Shown piece by piece: positions 56,401 to 64,000 of a stretch of 64,000 nucleotides of DNA. The position numbers were made by a program, and so were the translations under genes. Location: NCBI GenBank assembly GCA_951406725.2, contig OX597818.1:111042001-111106000 (forward strand). The letters run 5' to 3'. Within the stretch, counting starts at the first letter, position 1. Each line of letters starts with the position of its first letter. The notes beneath the pieces are model-generated. The model was given only the letters and a program-made list of their open reading frames with translations, was not told the DNA's origin and did not search any database. The DNA comes from Octopus vulgaris (Eukaryota).

Positions 56401-59400
56401 AAATAATTTAAGAAAATGAATTGGTTATTTCCCTTGGCTTTTAAAATAAAATATATTAGATATATATAAGGATCCCTTCCAGGAGCCCTCCTATCAATTT
56501 TTTCAACAATCTGAGTATGACATGTGGTTTCCAGATATGAGTTCTACTCTTGAGTCAAGTTTCATCAGAAGTGATAAAACGATGTAGGAGGAGTTAGCTA
56601 ACAACTCCACAGACAAAATTTCCCACATAGGTAGTAGACATATAAAGAGACAGAGTTAAAGAGACCTATAAGCTGATAATATATAGAATGGTATTCAGCT
56701 TCCCCATCAAAATTTTCAATTTTCAAGCGGTGACAGATGCTTTGAAATTTCATCAAATGCCACTCTTTACACTGTCTTTACATTTGTCTGAGAGAAGCTG
56801 AGGATATGCAATGGAGGAAAAAAACTGTTGTAGAGGGTAGAACAGATTTACAAACAAAAATAATAAAGAACCAATCAATAGAACTACTATGAATTATAAG
56901 TCTTTTGTGAAACCTTCATAGATGACAGAATGTTGAAGGTTTTTGCAGGTTTATTTTTAACCCTTTAGCAGATTATTTAGTCAAATGTAATGTGTATTTA
57001 TCCATAATGTCTTGAATTAATTATGCATTATCTTGTAGATTTGGGATTTCAATGATGTTGTAAATTGATGAAACCCAAACTACTGGTCATGTTTATCCCC
57101 ACATGAGTGCAAATGAGAACTTGTAGATTAGATGTTACTACTACTACCACCACTGCCACCACCACCAGCACTGCTATTGCCACCACCACTACTACTACCA
57201 CCATGATATTTATCAGAGGACTACTACAATATCAATTTACACTGTTGCAATTTTTATTTGTAGTTAGGTTGCTGACTAATTTAAGACAACATGAAGATAT
57301 CTGTTAAATTCATTCCAACACTGACATGAATTGAGGTACAGGAAGGGCAAACTCTGAATAAATAAATAAATAAATAAAAAAACACCTACACTGGATTTGA
57401 TCCTATGAACTAAGAGCATGTAATCCAATATTTCATTCCCACAACCACCCCATTTCTACAGGTGTATCTATTTCATCAGTTTATAATTAAATAATACCAG
57501 ATTTACTAAGAGTCCAGTTCTCTTGTAATTGTTTAGTCCCATTCAGTCCTGATCTTCCAATATACTGCACTGTAAATGAATCATATCAACTAACCTCATG
57601 GCCTTTGAAGGATTCCATCACAAGTTTCCTGCAAAAGAAACAAACATATTTCAACACATCATTGCAATCATCATTACTTCTACATCAGCTCACAAAAAGA
57701 ACCATTACAGAACTACTATTTTGTGTTTGTAAAGTTTTTTATTCTAATCAAAATCTATGATACATTTGAATAGGTTTAATTGCTGATTATCACCAGGCAT
57801 CATATTTGTGGATGTCTGTATAGTATCAAACTGGAATGTATTTAGCTTCCTAAATACATTCCGTGCTGGTGGCACGTGAAAAGCACCAACCAATCATGGC
57901 CATTGCCATCCACCACTGGCCCCTGTGCCAGTGGCACATAAAAAGCACCCACTACACTCATGGAGTGGTTGGTGTTAGGAAGGGCATCCAGCTGTAGAAA
58001 CACTGCCAGATAAGACTGGAACCTGGTGCAGCCTTCTGGCTTCCCAGACCCCGGTCAAATCGTCCAACCCATGCTAGCATGGAAAACGGACATTAAACGA
58101 TGATGATGATATATATATATATACATACACTCACACATGTATCCCTAATTCCTTAACCCCTATCCACACACATACAAAGGCACTACTATCCATAATTCAA
58201 AGCTCACAGACACACACACACAAAATAAATATGACTGCCCACATATGCACACAAACAAAATAACCATAAACCTCCATATGCATACACAAATACACACACA
58301 CAAACTTTACACTATCCACAAACATGACAGTGTCCACACTTACACAGACTTACACAAACACTTCTGACCATAATTCTAAACACACACACAAATATATAAT
58401 TGCCCACATTTATACACACAAATATGATTGCCCACATTTACACAGACACACATACACATTTCAGCTTATGTGTGTACGCATACACATGCACAACGCCAGG
58501 ACACCATTCCTTTGCTCTCCAGAATGAAACACACCTCTTCAGACAAACAGATAAAAGGAAGATACAGGTAGTAAGACAGACAGGCATGCCAAGATCTAGG
58601 CTAAAACAAAGTCTTCAGAGACAGAAACCCAGAGAACTGTAGGGGGAAGAGAGATGGAGGGAGAGGGAGAGAGACAGAAGGTGAAGAGGGAAGAGAGATT
58701 TAATGATTGTAGCCTATGTTTTTGAACAAATATGAAATGGATTTGCCATAGTGTATCCTGCATATGGCCTCAACCAACATCATACTGACGTCGACTGTCT
58801 TGATCTTGTAACACTGTAGTGTCTGGATGTCATGGGGTACTGTGTTGGTTACAACGACCTCAACTATAGGAGATTCTTCAATAAGTTTGGAAGCATCAGA
58901 GGATGAATGCCATGTGTGGCCATGACATATATATTGTAAGTACCTCTGTTCTTCAAAGACTCAGCTATTTTCATAAATGGTCTCACTTCATCCACCATAT
59001 TGTCCACAATAATGGCGATTTGGCTTCCTACATCACCAACCATATTTAAAAGAGTTTTTTCTTAGGTTTGTAGCATTGGCAAGTACTTCAGTTCATAGAT
59101 CAGCCAGTTGTGATCCTGGCCAGGAAGGAGGGTGAGTTGCAGCCATCCTCACTGTTAGCCTCTTTCACCTCACCATGGATTGCAGCAATGTCCAGACCTA
59201 GGCGCCCTGCATATGATATAACACACTTCACTGAGTTTGCATTGTGGGAGACAATGACAACATTGTGGTAGTCTGGGATTGATTCTATGATGTACTGAAT
59301 GAGGAAAGGTGATACCCTTAAGCTGTCTAGAGGAACATTGAAGAAACCTTGAATTTCCTTCTGGTGTAGATCCATAGAGATGATGTGCGTAAGCCCTGAT

Positions 59401-59898
59401 CTTGACAACATGGTAACCAAAAGCTTACAAGCAATGGATCCTCGCTTCCTCATCTTACTTTGTTGTGAGTATGGCAGGTAGGGTAAGACCCTGACTATGT
59501 TCCAAACACAACTCATCTTACAGGTGCAAAAGATAATCATTAGTTCCCATATGGTGTTGTTGACTTCCTTTGTTGTTGTCTGAATGATGTAGTTGCCTTT
59601 GCCTTGGACTGATTCTTTGATTTCAACATTGGTTTCTCTATCACTTTTGTGATAAGCCCTCATGTCTCCCAGCTTGATACCGAGATGATCTGCTATAAGC
59701 TGAGCCAATCCAGGATGTGAATTCCCTGCCAGAATCATCACGGGTCCTTTTTGGCCAAGAGAGCCCAGGTTGGAGGGCCGCGATACCACAACCCTTTGGC
59801 ATGCCATTACATCAACAACAATGGTACGTTTTTGTCCTCTATCTTCTCCCTATACAACAGGGTAATCTTTGCAGAGATGGTCGTGTCTGGAAGCAAGC

Positions 59899-59936
<38 letters not shown>

Positions 59937-62900
59937 ATATCTATTTAATAAAGAGACATGATCATGTGAAAGAGAAAAAGGCAAAAAGACTCTGACATTG
60001 ATATTTTTATTGTCATTCCTTAATTGCATACCACTGTTTCTCCTTCCTTGGCCTACAGAGATAGCCAATTATTTTCTCTATAGCAGGACAGTGATCTCTG
60101 TCCCTCAGTCATGCACTAACTTCTTCTTGATTACAAGTAAGTTTACTGCCATTAATTCTCACCATTAATAGGGAAAAACTATATTATTGAAAAAAAAAAA
60201 AAAGTGAATTGATGACAGTGAACTTTCCTTGCAGTGAATCGATGATGGTGAACTTACTAGACATGCTGCTTTCTAGGCAATAGCCACTGCTCTCGGATTC
60301 ACTATGTCTCTCAACTAAGTGGTCTTTCTCTTCCAAATTACTTGGCAATCCCACTGGTAACTGTGCCATGTAAAAAGCACTTTTGCTGGTGCCATGTAAA
60401 AAGCTGCCTTGCTGGTGCCACATAAGAAGAAACCAGTACATTCTGTAAAGTAGTTAGCACTGGGAAGGGCTTCCTGCTGTAGAAACCAAGCTAAAACAGA
60501 TGGCCGGAACCTGCTGCAGTCTTCTTGCTTGCCAGTTCATGCCATCATGTAAAATGGATATATGATGATGATGATTACCATAACACTAAACACTGAATGT
60601 TAGGATTTGCTTTTTCTACATTTCTGACAACAGCACCTATTAATACTACACTGGACATTTTTAAAGAATTCTTAAAAGTTGTAGCTAAACAAATTTTTTT
60701 TTTACTTTTTATAATCAAACCTGAGCAAAATGAAGATAGAACAGGCTGAGATGACAATCATGTTAACTGACAGATCTTGGAGATTTAAACAGGATTATTA
60801 TCTTTGCATGGCTTTGTAGCTCATAAAGGTATCAGTTCTTATTCATTAATTGTTATTAGTACTAAATTAAAAATTTTTTTTAGGCTTCAACTTCATAAAA
60901 ATGAGATATTTCCATCAAAAAGGAATCAAGATTGGAGCCTTCTATCAAAAGATTGATGCTGTCATCATTGTCATTATTGTTAGTAATCCTCATCATTTAA
61001 CATCTGTTTTTTCATGCTAGCATGGTTTAGGCAGTCTGACTGGAGCTGGCAAAGTGGAGAGCTGTAATAGGCTCCAGTCATCTGCTTTAACTAGGCTTCT
61101 ATGGCTGGGTGCCCTTCCTAATACCAACCACTTTACAGAGTGCAGTGAGTGCTTTTATTTGGTACCAGTACAGGTGCTTTTCATGTGGCTCCAGGAAAGG
61201 TGAATTTTAACTTTAATCAGAGTTTAAAATGTTTATTCTTCAATTCATTTCTTTTGTTCTTGAGAATTGTTGATCATTTCAACGTGAACTGAGGAAAGAA
61301 TTGATCCTGAACTGAAAATTCTCCCCTTATTCTGTTTCTCCCCGTCTCTGTTCTGTGTGTGTAATGAATAAGCTTGAGCCTTTTGTCAAGTTAAATACAT
61401 ATAAACAAAAATAGTGTATTAAAAGTTGCATAACTAAGACTTACTGAACATATAGATTTTGTGCTATCTCATATCAACAATGTCATGGATGCTCTTATTT
61501 ATACATCCTGGCATCCTTATCATATTTATATGCATCACAGTCACATAATTAAAGATAAGAATCAAACTTAAACTGAATGTTATAAAATTACATACCAGGC
61601 ATCTATGCTTTTAATACTGTATGGATGTTTCTTGATTTCCCTCTTAAAATGTTCATATTCCTAGAAGAGTTTACAATAAAAGTATATGTTGTAACTTTAT
61701 AATAAAAGCAATGATTTGACATTAATAGTTCTATTTTTGACTGGTTTCAACTCTTCAATAAAACAAAACATTACCTGACTCACAGAAACACTTAAGCAAA
61801 AAAAAAAAAATCCTTTTCTCTACACATCCTAACTTCCAGTAAAGAGCTGAAATTATTGTTTGATGGGAGATATTACCTAACTTGAGAAGTGATGCAGTAA
61901 AGGGATGTGACATAATACTACAAGGCATTTCATCTTGTACTGTCAACTGATTTTGATATTCCTTTCTTAACAGAAGGTTCTATGCAGTTACTAAAAGATA
62001 GCAGCAAATATCTCCCTGAAATCTTGCAGAAGGCAAGGCTGTGTGGTAAGAAGTCTGTTTCCCAACCACATAGTTGCAGGTTCAGTCCCACAACATGTAA
62101 CCACAGGCAAGTATCTTCTACTATAAGTGGAGGCACATAGCCTAGTGGTTAGAGCAGCAGACTCGTGGTCGAGGGATCAAGGGTTCGAATCTCAGATCAG
62201 ACAATGTGTGTGTTTATGAGCAAAACACCTAAGCTCCAAGCGGCTCTGGCAGAAGGTAATGGCGAAACTTCTGCTGACTCTTTTGCCACAACTTTCTCGC
62301 ACTCTTTCCTACTGCATCTTGCAGCTCACCTGCGATGGACTGGCGTTCCGTCCAGGTGGGGAACCTATACGCCAAGAAACTGGGAAACAGGCCCTTATGA
62401 GCCAGGCATGGCTCGAGAAGGAACAAACAACAAAGTCTTCTACTATAGCTTTGGGCTGACCAAAGTCTTGAAAATGGATTTGGTTACAGAGACTGAAAGA
62501 AGCCTGCCACAAACACACACACGAGTGTGTGTGTGTGTGTGTGTGTGCATATTTGTTTGTCCTGAACCACTGCATGACAACCAATGTTGGTGTGTTTATG
62601 CCCCCATAACCTAGTAGTTCACCAAAAATGATCAACAGAATAAGTACCAATCTTAAAAACAATAGGTACAGGGGTTGAGACATTCCACTAAAAATTCTGA
62701 AAGGTAGTACCCCAGCATGGCCACAGTCTAGCAACTGAAATAGTAACAGTTATAGCCACAAATCACAATCAATGCTGCTGCTACTGTCTCCACAATTTTA
62801 AAAGAGGAACACCCTCAACAATACACCTTCAAAAGCAAAACAATACTAAATCTAAAAACGACTGTTAAGGTCTCTGGTTTGTGATATAACATATGAGAGA

Positions 62901-63064
62901 TAACAAGTCTATGGTTATGATGCTTGTCTGTTTCAACTCACATTAACCGAAGATCTACTAACTTATTTCCAACAGCTACACAAACTCAATATGCTGCCTC
63001 ATACAAAATAAATAAGTAGTGAGAACTAACCGTGTAATCTCGAAAATGTTTCCTTGCTAGTTTA
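82..63064 (-). CDS. Multi-exon tandem-repeat protein gene (19 micro-exons, partial at both ends), family unassigned
   Basis: Hand-spliced exons in transcript order give: [300 protein letters not shown]. All exons have canonical AG/GT sites, phases are compatible, there are no stops, and length variants differ by multiples of 3. Confidence 0.85.
1133..2035 (+). mobile_element. Decayed piggyBac-like transposon 5' fragment
   Basis: ORF 1394-1669 has an acidic SD/E-rich N-terminus. Downstream frameshifted sequence translates to NYWSPD...ISQYLHFNN...[12 protein letters not shown], matching piggyBac (DDE_Tnp_1_7) motifs, with stops. Confidence 0.75.
2050..2405. repeat. Opposed fragments of the abundant RTE-tail/SINE repeat
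   Basis: Motif CCATGCTGGCATGGGTTG...GATGCCCTTCCTAATGCCAACCAC and its reverse complement; more than 12 copies in the window. Confidence 0.65.
2780..2844 (-). CDS. Exon 18 (type A1, 65 nt): [21 protein letters not shown](K)
   Basis: ttctag|GATTAT...ATCAA|gtatgt; phase 0->2. Confidence 0.85.
3022..3531. mobile_element. Palindromic insertion: head-to-head tRNA-derived heads with Penelope-like tails, 12-bp TSD
   Basis: Inverted arms ~3055-3290 and ~3305-3529; TTAGAATAAAGA at 3010-3021 and 3532-3543; insertion absent from paralogous introns (~20070, ~33160, ~42125, ~61840); A/B-box-like GGCGTAGTGG...GTTCGATTCC. Confidence 0.75.
3960..4395. repeat. RTE-tail/SINE repeat shared by paralogous introns (also ~20495-20935, ~42545-43000)
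   Basis: (CAT)n end followed by TTTCCATGCTGGCATGGGTTGGAC...GATGCCCTTCC motif. Confidence 0.65.
5199..5232 (-). CDS. Exon 17 (type B2, 34 nt): [11 protein letters not shown]
   Basis: ttcttttgcag|ATTTATCG...AGCAAG|gttagt; phase 2->0. Confidence 0.85.
6045..6303. repeat. Near-perfect inverted repeat (119-bp arms, 21-nt loop)
   Basis: 6045-6163 is the reverse complement of 6185-6303 with few mismatches. Confidence 0.9.
6666..6960 (+). repeat. Three tandem copies of a ~105-bp unit ending in TA/TG microsatellite
   Basis: AGACCTGGTAGAAATAGCAGCCAAATCTCCCTCAAATCACACCTTACTGTCTTAT recurs at ~6666, ~6770 and ~6877. Confidence 0.85.
8054..9412 (+). mobile_element. Non-autonomous Helitron
   Basis: A|TCTCTATATC... 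5' end; 3' hairpin ATGACCCGG-TGTTG-CTGGGTCAT (9382-9404) then CTAG|T; empty site aaacatta|ttctcaaa at ~22640, ~44540 and ~63940. Confidence 0.85.
10632..12212 (+). mobile_element. Decayed RTE-clade LINE (endonuclease end to RT)
   Basis: ORF 11961-12215: [18 protein letters not shown]...[13 protein letters not shown] (GVxQG and YADD motifs); many stops and frameshifts. Confidence 0.85.
13335..13393 (-). CDS. Exon 16 (type A2, 59 nt): [19 protein letters not shown](K)
   Basis: atttacag|GCTTAC...GCTAA|gtaaat; phase 0->2; 3 nt shorter than other A2 exons. Confidence 0.82.
15186..16019. mobile_element. Mariner-derived palindromic element (two inverted 5' halves)
   Basis: ORF 15540-15836(-) [38 protein letters not shown] matches the mariner N-terminal HTH; a homologous 5' half runs on + from ~15190 to ~15460. 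Confidence 0.8.
17248..17281 (-). CDS. Exon 15 (type B1, 34 nt): [11 protein letters not shown]
   Basis: ttcttttgcag|GAGATATG...TTTAAG|gttagt. Confidence 0.85.
17690..18280 (+). mobile_element. RTE 3' end with (GAT)n tail
   Basis: C-terminal [18 protein letters not shown]-like remnant, then GTTGGCATTAGGAAGGGCATCCAGC-type tail and GAT repeats. Confidence 0.65.
19849..19904 (-). CDS. Exon 14 (type A1, 56 nt): [18 protein letters not shown](K)
   Basis: tttttag|CAATTT...GCCAA|gtaagt; 9 nt shorter than other A1 exons, frame kept. Confidence 0.85.
21731..21764 (-). CDS. Exon 13 (type B2, 34 nt): [11 protein letters not shown]
   Basis: ttcttttgcag|GGATCTAG...ACAACA|gtgagt. Confidence 0.85.
23770..24635 (-). 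mobile_element. RTE 3' fragment in antisense, with internal ~58-bp tandem repeats
   Basis: (CAT)n end, tail motif, repeated GCCAGTCxGGCGGxxCTGGCAAxGAxCA units, and the antisense RTE C-terminus. Confidence 0.7.
24640..26880 (+). mobile_element. Decayed RTE-clade LINE, near-identical to 10632-12212 but extending further 3'
   Basis: ORF 25992-26273 with [13 protein letters not shown]; same disablements as the 10.6-kb copy. Confidence 0.85.
26885..27400 (+). mobile_element. Second LINE RT fragment (copies at ~12215-12510 and ~51870-52385)
   Basis: Translates [13 protein letters not shown]...DEISSEML...[23 protein letters not shown], the pre-RT region of non-LTR elements. Confidence 0.7.
29292..29742 (-). 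mobile_element. hAT (SPIN/Buster-like) transposon 3' fragment
   Basis: [30 protein letters not shown] matches the hAT C-terminal dimerisation motif; TIR-like CAAGGATCACCAAACTTTT at 29292. Confidence 0.75.
30601..30662 (-). CDS. Exon 12 (type A2, 62 nt): [20 protein letters not shown](K)
   Basis: atttatag|GGTTGT...ACTAA|gtaaat. Confidence 0.82.
31852..31885 (-). CDS. Exon 11 (type B1, 34 nt): [11 protein letters not shown]
   Basis: ttcttttgcag|GAGACTTG...TCTCAG|gttagt. Confidence 0.85.
32931..32995 (-). CDS. Exon 10 (type A1, 65 nt): [21 protein letters not shown](R)
   Basis: tttttag|GAATAT...GTCAG|gtaagt. Confidence 0.87.
33374..33780 (+). mobile_element. tRNA-derived SINE (paralogous copy at ~62030-62740)
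   Basis: GGTAAGAA...GGTTCAGTCC head, TTGGGCAAGTGTCTTCTACTATAGCC core, internal CA/TG microsatellite, CCCCAGCATGGCCACAGTC end. Confidence 0.75.
34843..34876 (-). CDS. Exon 9 (type B2, 34 nt): [11 protein letters not shown]
   Basis: ttcttttgcag|GGCTCTAG...ACAAAA|gtgagt. Confidence 0.85.
35581..35642 (-). CDS. Exon 8 (type A2, 62 nt): [20 protein letters not shown](K)
   Basis: atttatag|GGTTAC...GCTAA|gtaaat. Confidence 0.85.
36002..36563 (+). mobile_element. Possible highly decayed mariner fragment
   Basis: Present here but absent from the paralog at ~13725; one frame reads [13 protein letters not shown], similar to mariner WDxxGVIFVDYL. Confidence 0.45.
38958..38991 (-). CDS. Exon 7 (type B1, 34 nt): [11 protein letters not shown]
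   Basis: ttcttttgcag|GAAGCTGG...CATGAG|gttagt. Confidence 0.85.
40659..40723 (-). CDS. Exon 6 (type A1, 65 nt): [21 protein letters not shown](K)
   Basis: ttttctag|GAATAT...GCAAA|gtaagt. Confidence 0.87.
40797..42017 (+). mobile_element. Near full-length decayed mariner transposon with TA TSD
   Basis: TA|TCAAG...CTTGA|TA; degenerate TIRs; motifs [17 protein letters not shown] and [16 protein letters not shown] (YSPDLAPSD-like); empty site ttcta|ttttggact in paralogs. Confidence 0.88.
43772..43805 (-). CDS. Exon 5 (type B2, 34 nt): [11 protein letters not shown]
   Basis: ttcttttgcag|GGATGTGG...ACAACA|gtgagt. Confidence 0.85.
44750..45502 (+). repeat. Local direct duplication (~44750-45040 repeated at ~45235-45502)
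   Basis: AGAGGATCACACCCTCAACA...GGTCCTTAGGATTCACTTTAG...ATGACTTTT occurs twice. Confidence 0.8.
45503..50142 (+). mobile_element. Decayed Gypsy/Ty3 LTR retrotransposon, structurally complete
   Basis: LTRs ~45503-45837 and ~49632-50142 (TG...CA; the 3' LTR holds a SINE at ~49897-50105); CTTTT TSD; purine tract before the 3' LTR; gag (45884), protease LDTGSD (~46650), RT, RNaseH ([13 protein letters not shown]), then integrase (H-x3-H...CRGC); many stops. Confidence 0.9.
50575..51660 (+). mobile_element. RTE LINE 3' portion
   Basis: [12 protein letters not shown] motif; ORF 50840-51244 with [15 protein letters not shown]...KGRLYDACV. Confidence 0.8.
52863..52924 (-). CDS. Exon 4 (type A2, 62 nt): [20 protein letters not shown](M)
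   Basis: atttgcag|GATTAT...ACTAT|gtaaat; same flanking context as other A2 exons. Confidence 0.8.
54135..55866 (+). mobile_element. Internally deleted Helitron with Pif1-like helicase remnant
   Basis: A|TCTATAATAT 5' end; ORF 54418-55206 with [13 protein letters not shown] (Walker A), LIVWDE and DFRQTLP; 3' end approximate (host intron resumes ~56890). Confidence 0.8.
57595..57628 (-). CDS. Exon 3 (type B1, 34 nt): [11 protein letters not shown]
   Basis: ttcttttgcag|GAAACTTG...CATGAG|gttagt. Confidence 0.85.
57855..58110 (+). repeat. RTE-tail/SINE repeat with (GAT)n end
   Basis: GTGGTTGGTGTTAGGAAGGGCATCCAGCTGTAGAAAC...CCCATGCTAGCATGGAAAACGGAC. Confidence 0.7.
58700..59807 (-). pseudogene. 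PRPSAP: Processed pseudogene of phosphoribosyl pyrophosphate synthase-associated protein (PRPSAP1/2-like)
   Basis: Intronless; ILAGNSHP...[18 protein letters not shown]...[12 protein letters not shown]; premature TGA at 59100-59102; the C-terminal part ([13 protein letters not shown]...ATHG...[10 protein letters not shown]...[16 protein letters not shown]) continues with frameshifts to TAA at 58700-58702. Confidence 0.88.
61596..61660 (-). CDS. Exon 2 (type A1, 65 nt): [21 protein letters not shown](W)
   Basis: cttctag|GAATAT...GCCTG|gtatgt. Confidence 0.85.
62126..62435 (+). mobile_element. tRNA-derived SINE nested inside another SINE
   Basis: GCCTAGTGGTTAGAGCAGCAGACTC...GGGTTCGAATCTC head; ACA tail; TCTTCTACTATA duplicated on both sides; absent from the paralog at ~33460. 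Confidence 0.8.
63031..63064 (-). CDS. Exon 1 in window (type B2, 34 nt): [11 protein letters not shown]
   Basis: ttcttttgtag|TAAACTAG...TACACG|gttagt. Confidence 0.83.
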
Positions 63065-64000
63065 CTACAAAAGAAATAAAAGAACACACATCATCATGAC
63101 TGTCATCATCAACATAATTATCATCATCATGAAGTAACATTTTCAACAATAATTTCATCTTTAGATGGCGTTTTTAAAAAAAATATTTGAACCTAGATTT
63201 AAACTGCATTTCATTTACCTTTGTCTGTGAACCTCATTAGGAGTTTTATTCTCAGCTATGTGCATAGTATCAGACTTTTAATATTTATCTCTCTGCAAAA
63301 ACAGAAATATTACTTTCAAATTTTGGCACCAGGCCTGCAATTTTGAGGGAGTGAATAAGTCAATAATATCGACCATGTAATCAACTAGTACTTAGTTTAT
63401 TGAAAACATGAAGGCCAAAGGTGACCTTGGTGAGATATAAACTCAGAACGTGAAGATGGACAAAATGCCGCTAAGCATTTTACCTGGTATAGTAATGATT
63501 CTGCCAGCTCACCACCATAGCAAACACAGAAATATTGAACTGATGTCACTACTGGCCTTACTAATTCCATTATTGGTAAGACGTATATGTCCTGATTCTT
63601 TGATTCTCATGAGTTTCCCACTTTGGAATTACGGAATCTTCATTCTATAGCATTATATTAATTCATTTCTCACTCAATATGTATTAAAATATTTCTTCTA
63701 TCATTAAGGCTTTTCAATATTCTTCCATCCCAACCTTTAAAACCTTGCAGTGTTTCATGTACAAGGCCCTCCATAAATGCATGGCATGTTATAAATGCAG
63801 TTTTAATGTTCCAACTGAAACAATGCAGATGGAGATGCATAAAAAAAACATTTTCATCTCAAAAGATGAAGTTAATAATCTGAAAAACTTATAATCACAT
63901 CTGCAATAACTCATCTCAAACATTTACATATTTAAGAAACATTATTCTCAAATTAAAAATACACCCCTTTCTCATTTACAAAACAAACAGCCAAAGAAAC

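Noticed and set aside
58110-58500. His/Thr-rich ORFs (58324, 58400; similar at 6162, 6264, 57107)
   Set aside because: Translations of CA/TA/ACC microsatellite-rich sequence.
59100-59807. Functional PRPS/PRPSAP gene
   Set aside because: Premature stop and downstream frameshifts split the conserved C-terminal half.
82-63064. Conserved flanks with variable inserts read as a CRISPR-like or cassette array
   Set aside because: The variable parts are bounded by GT/AG splice sites and are homologous codon by codon; spacing is kilobases; the context is eukaryotic with no cas genes.

Overview
AT-rich, repeat-dense eukaryotic (animal) genomic DNA. The SINE and RTE families resemble those I recall from Octopus genomes; this is an inference, not a database match. 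The ORF track mostly misses the main feature: a minus-strand gene made of 19 micro-exons spread across the whole window (63064 down to 82). Exons strictly alternate between 34 nt (phase 2->0) and 56-65 nt (phase 0->2), all have AG/GT splice sites, and they splice into 901 nt with 300 codons and no stop. The product is a tandem ~30-33 aa helix-loop-helix-like repeat protein that I cannot assign to a family. The gene grew by tandem duplication of a 4-exon module (about 4.75 copies, 7-19 kb each). In the pairs counted by hand, paralogous introns are ~94-98% identical while paralogous exons are only ~55-60% identical. The introns carry decayed piggyBac, mariner, hAT, Helitron, RTE and Gypsy elements, many SINEs, long hairpins and a processed PRPSAP pseudogene. 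Neither the start nor the end of the gene is in the window.
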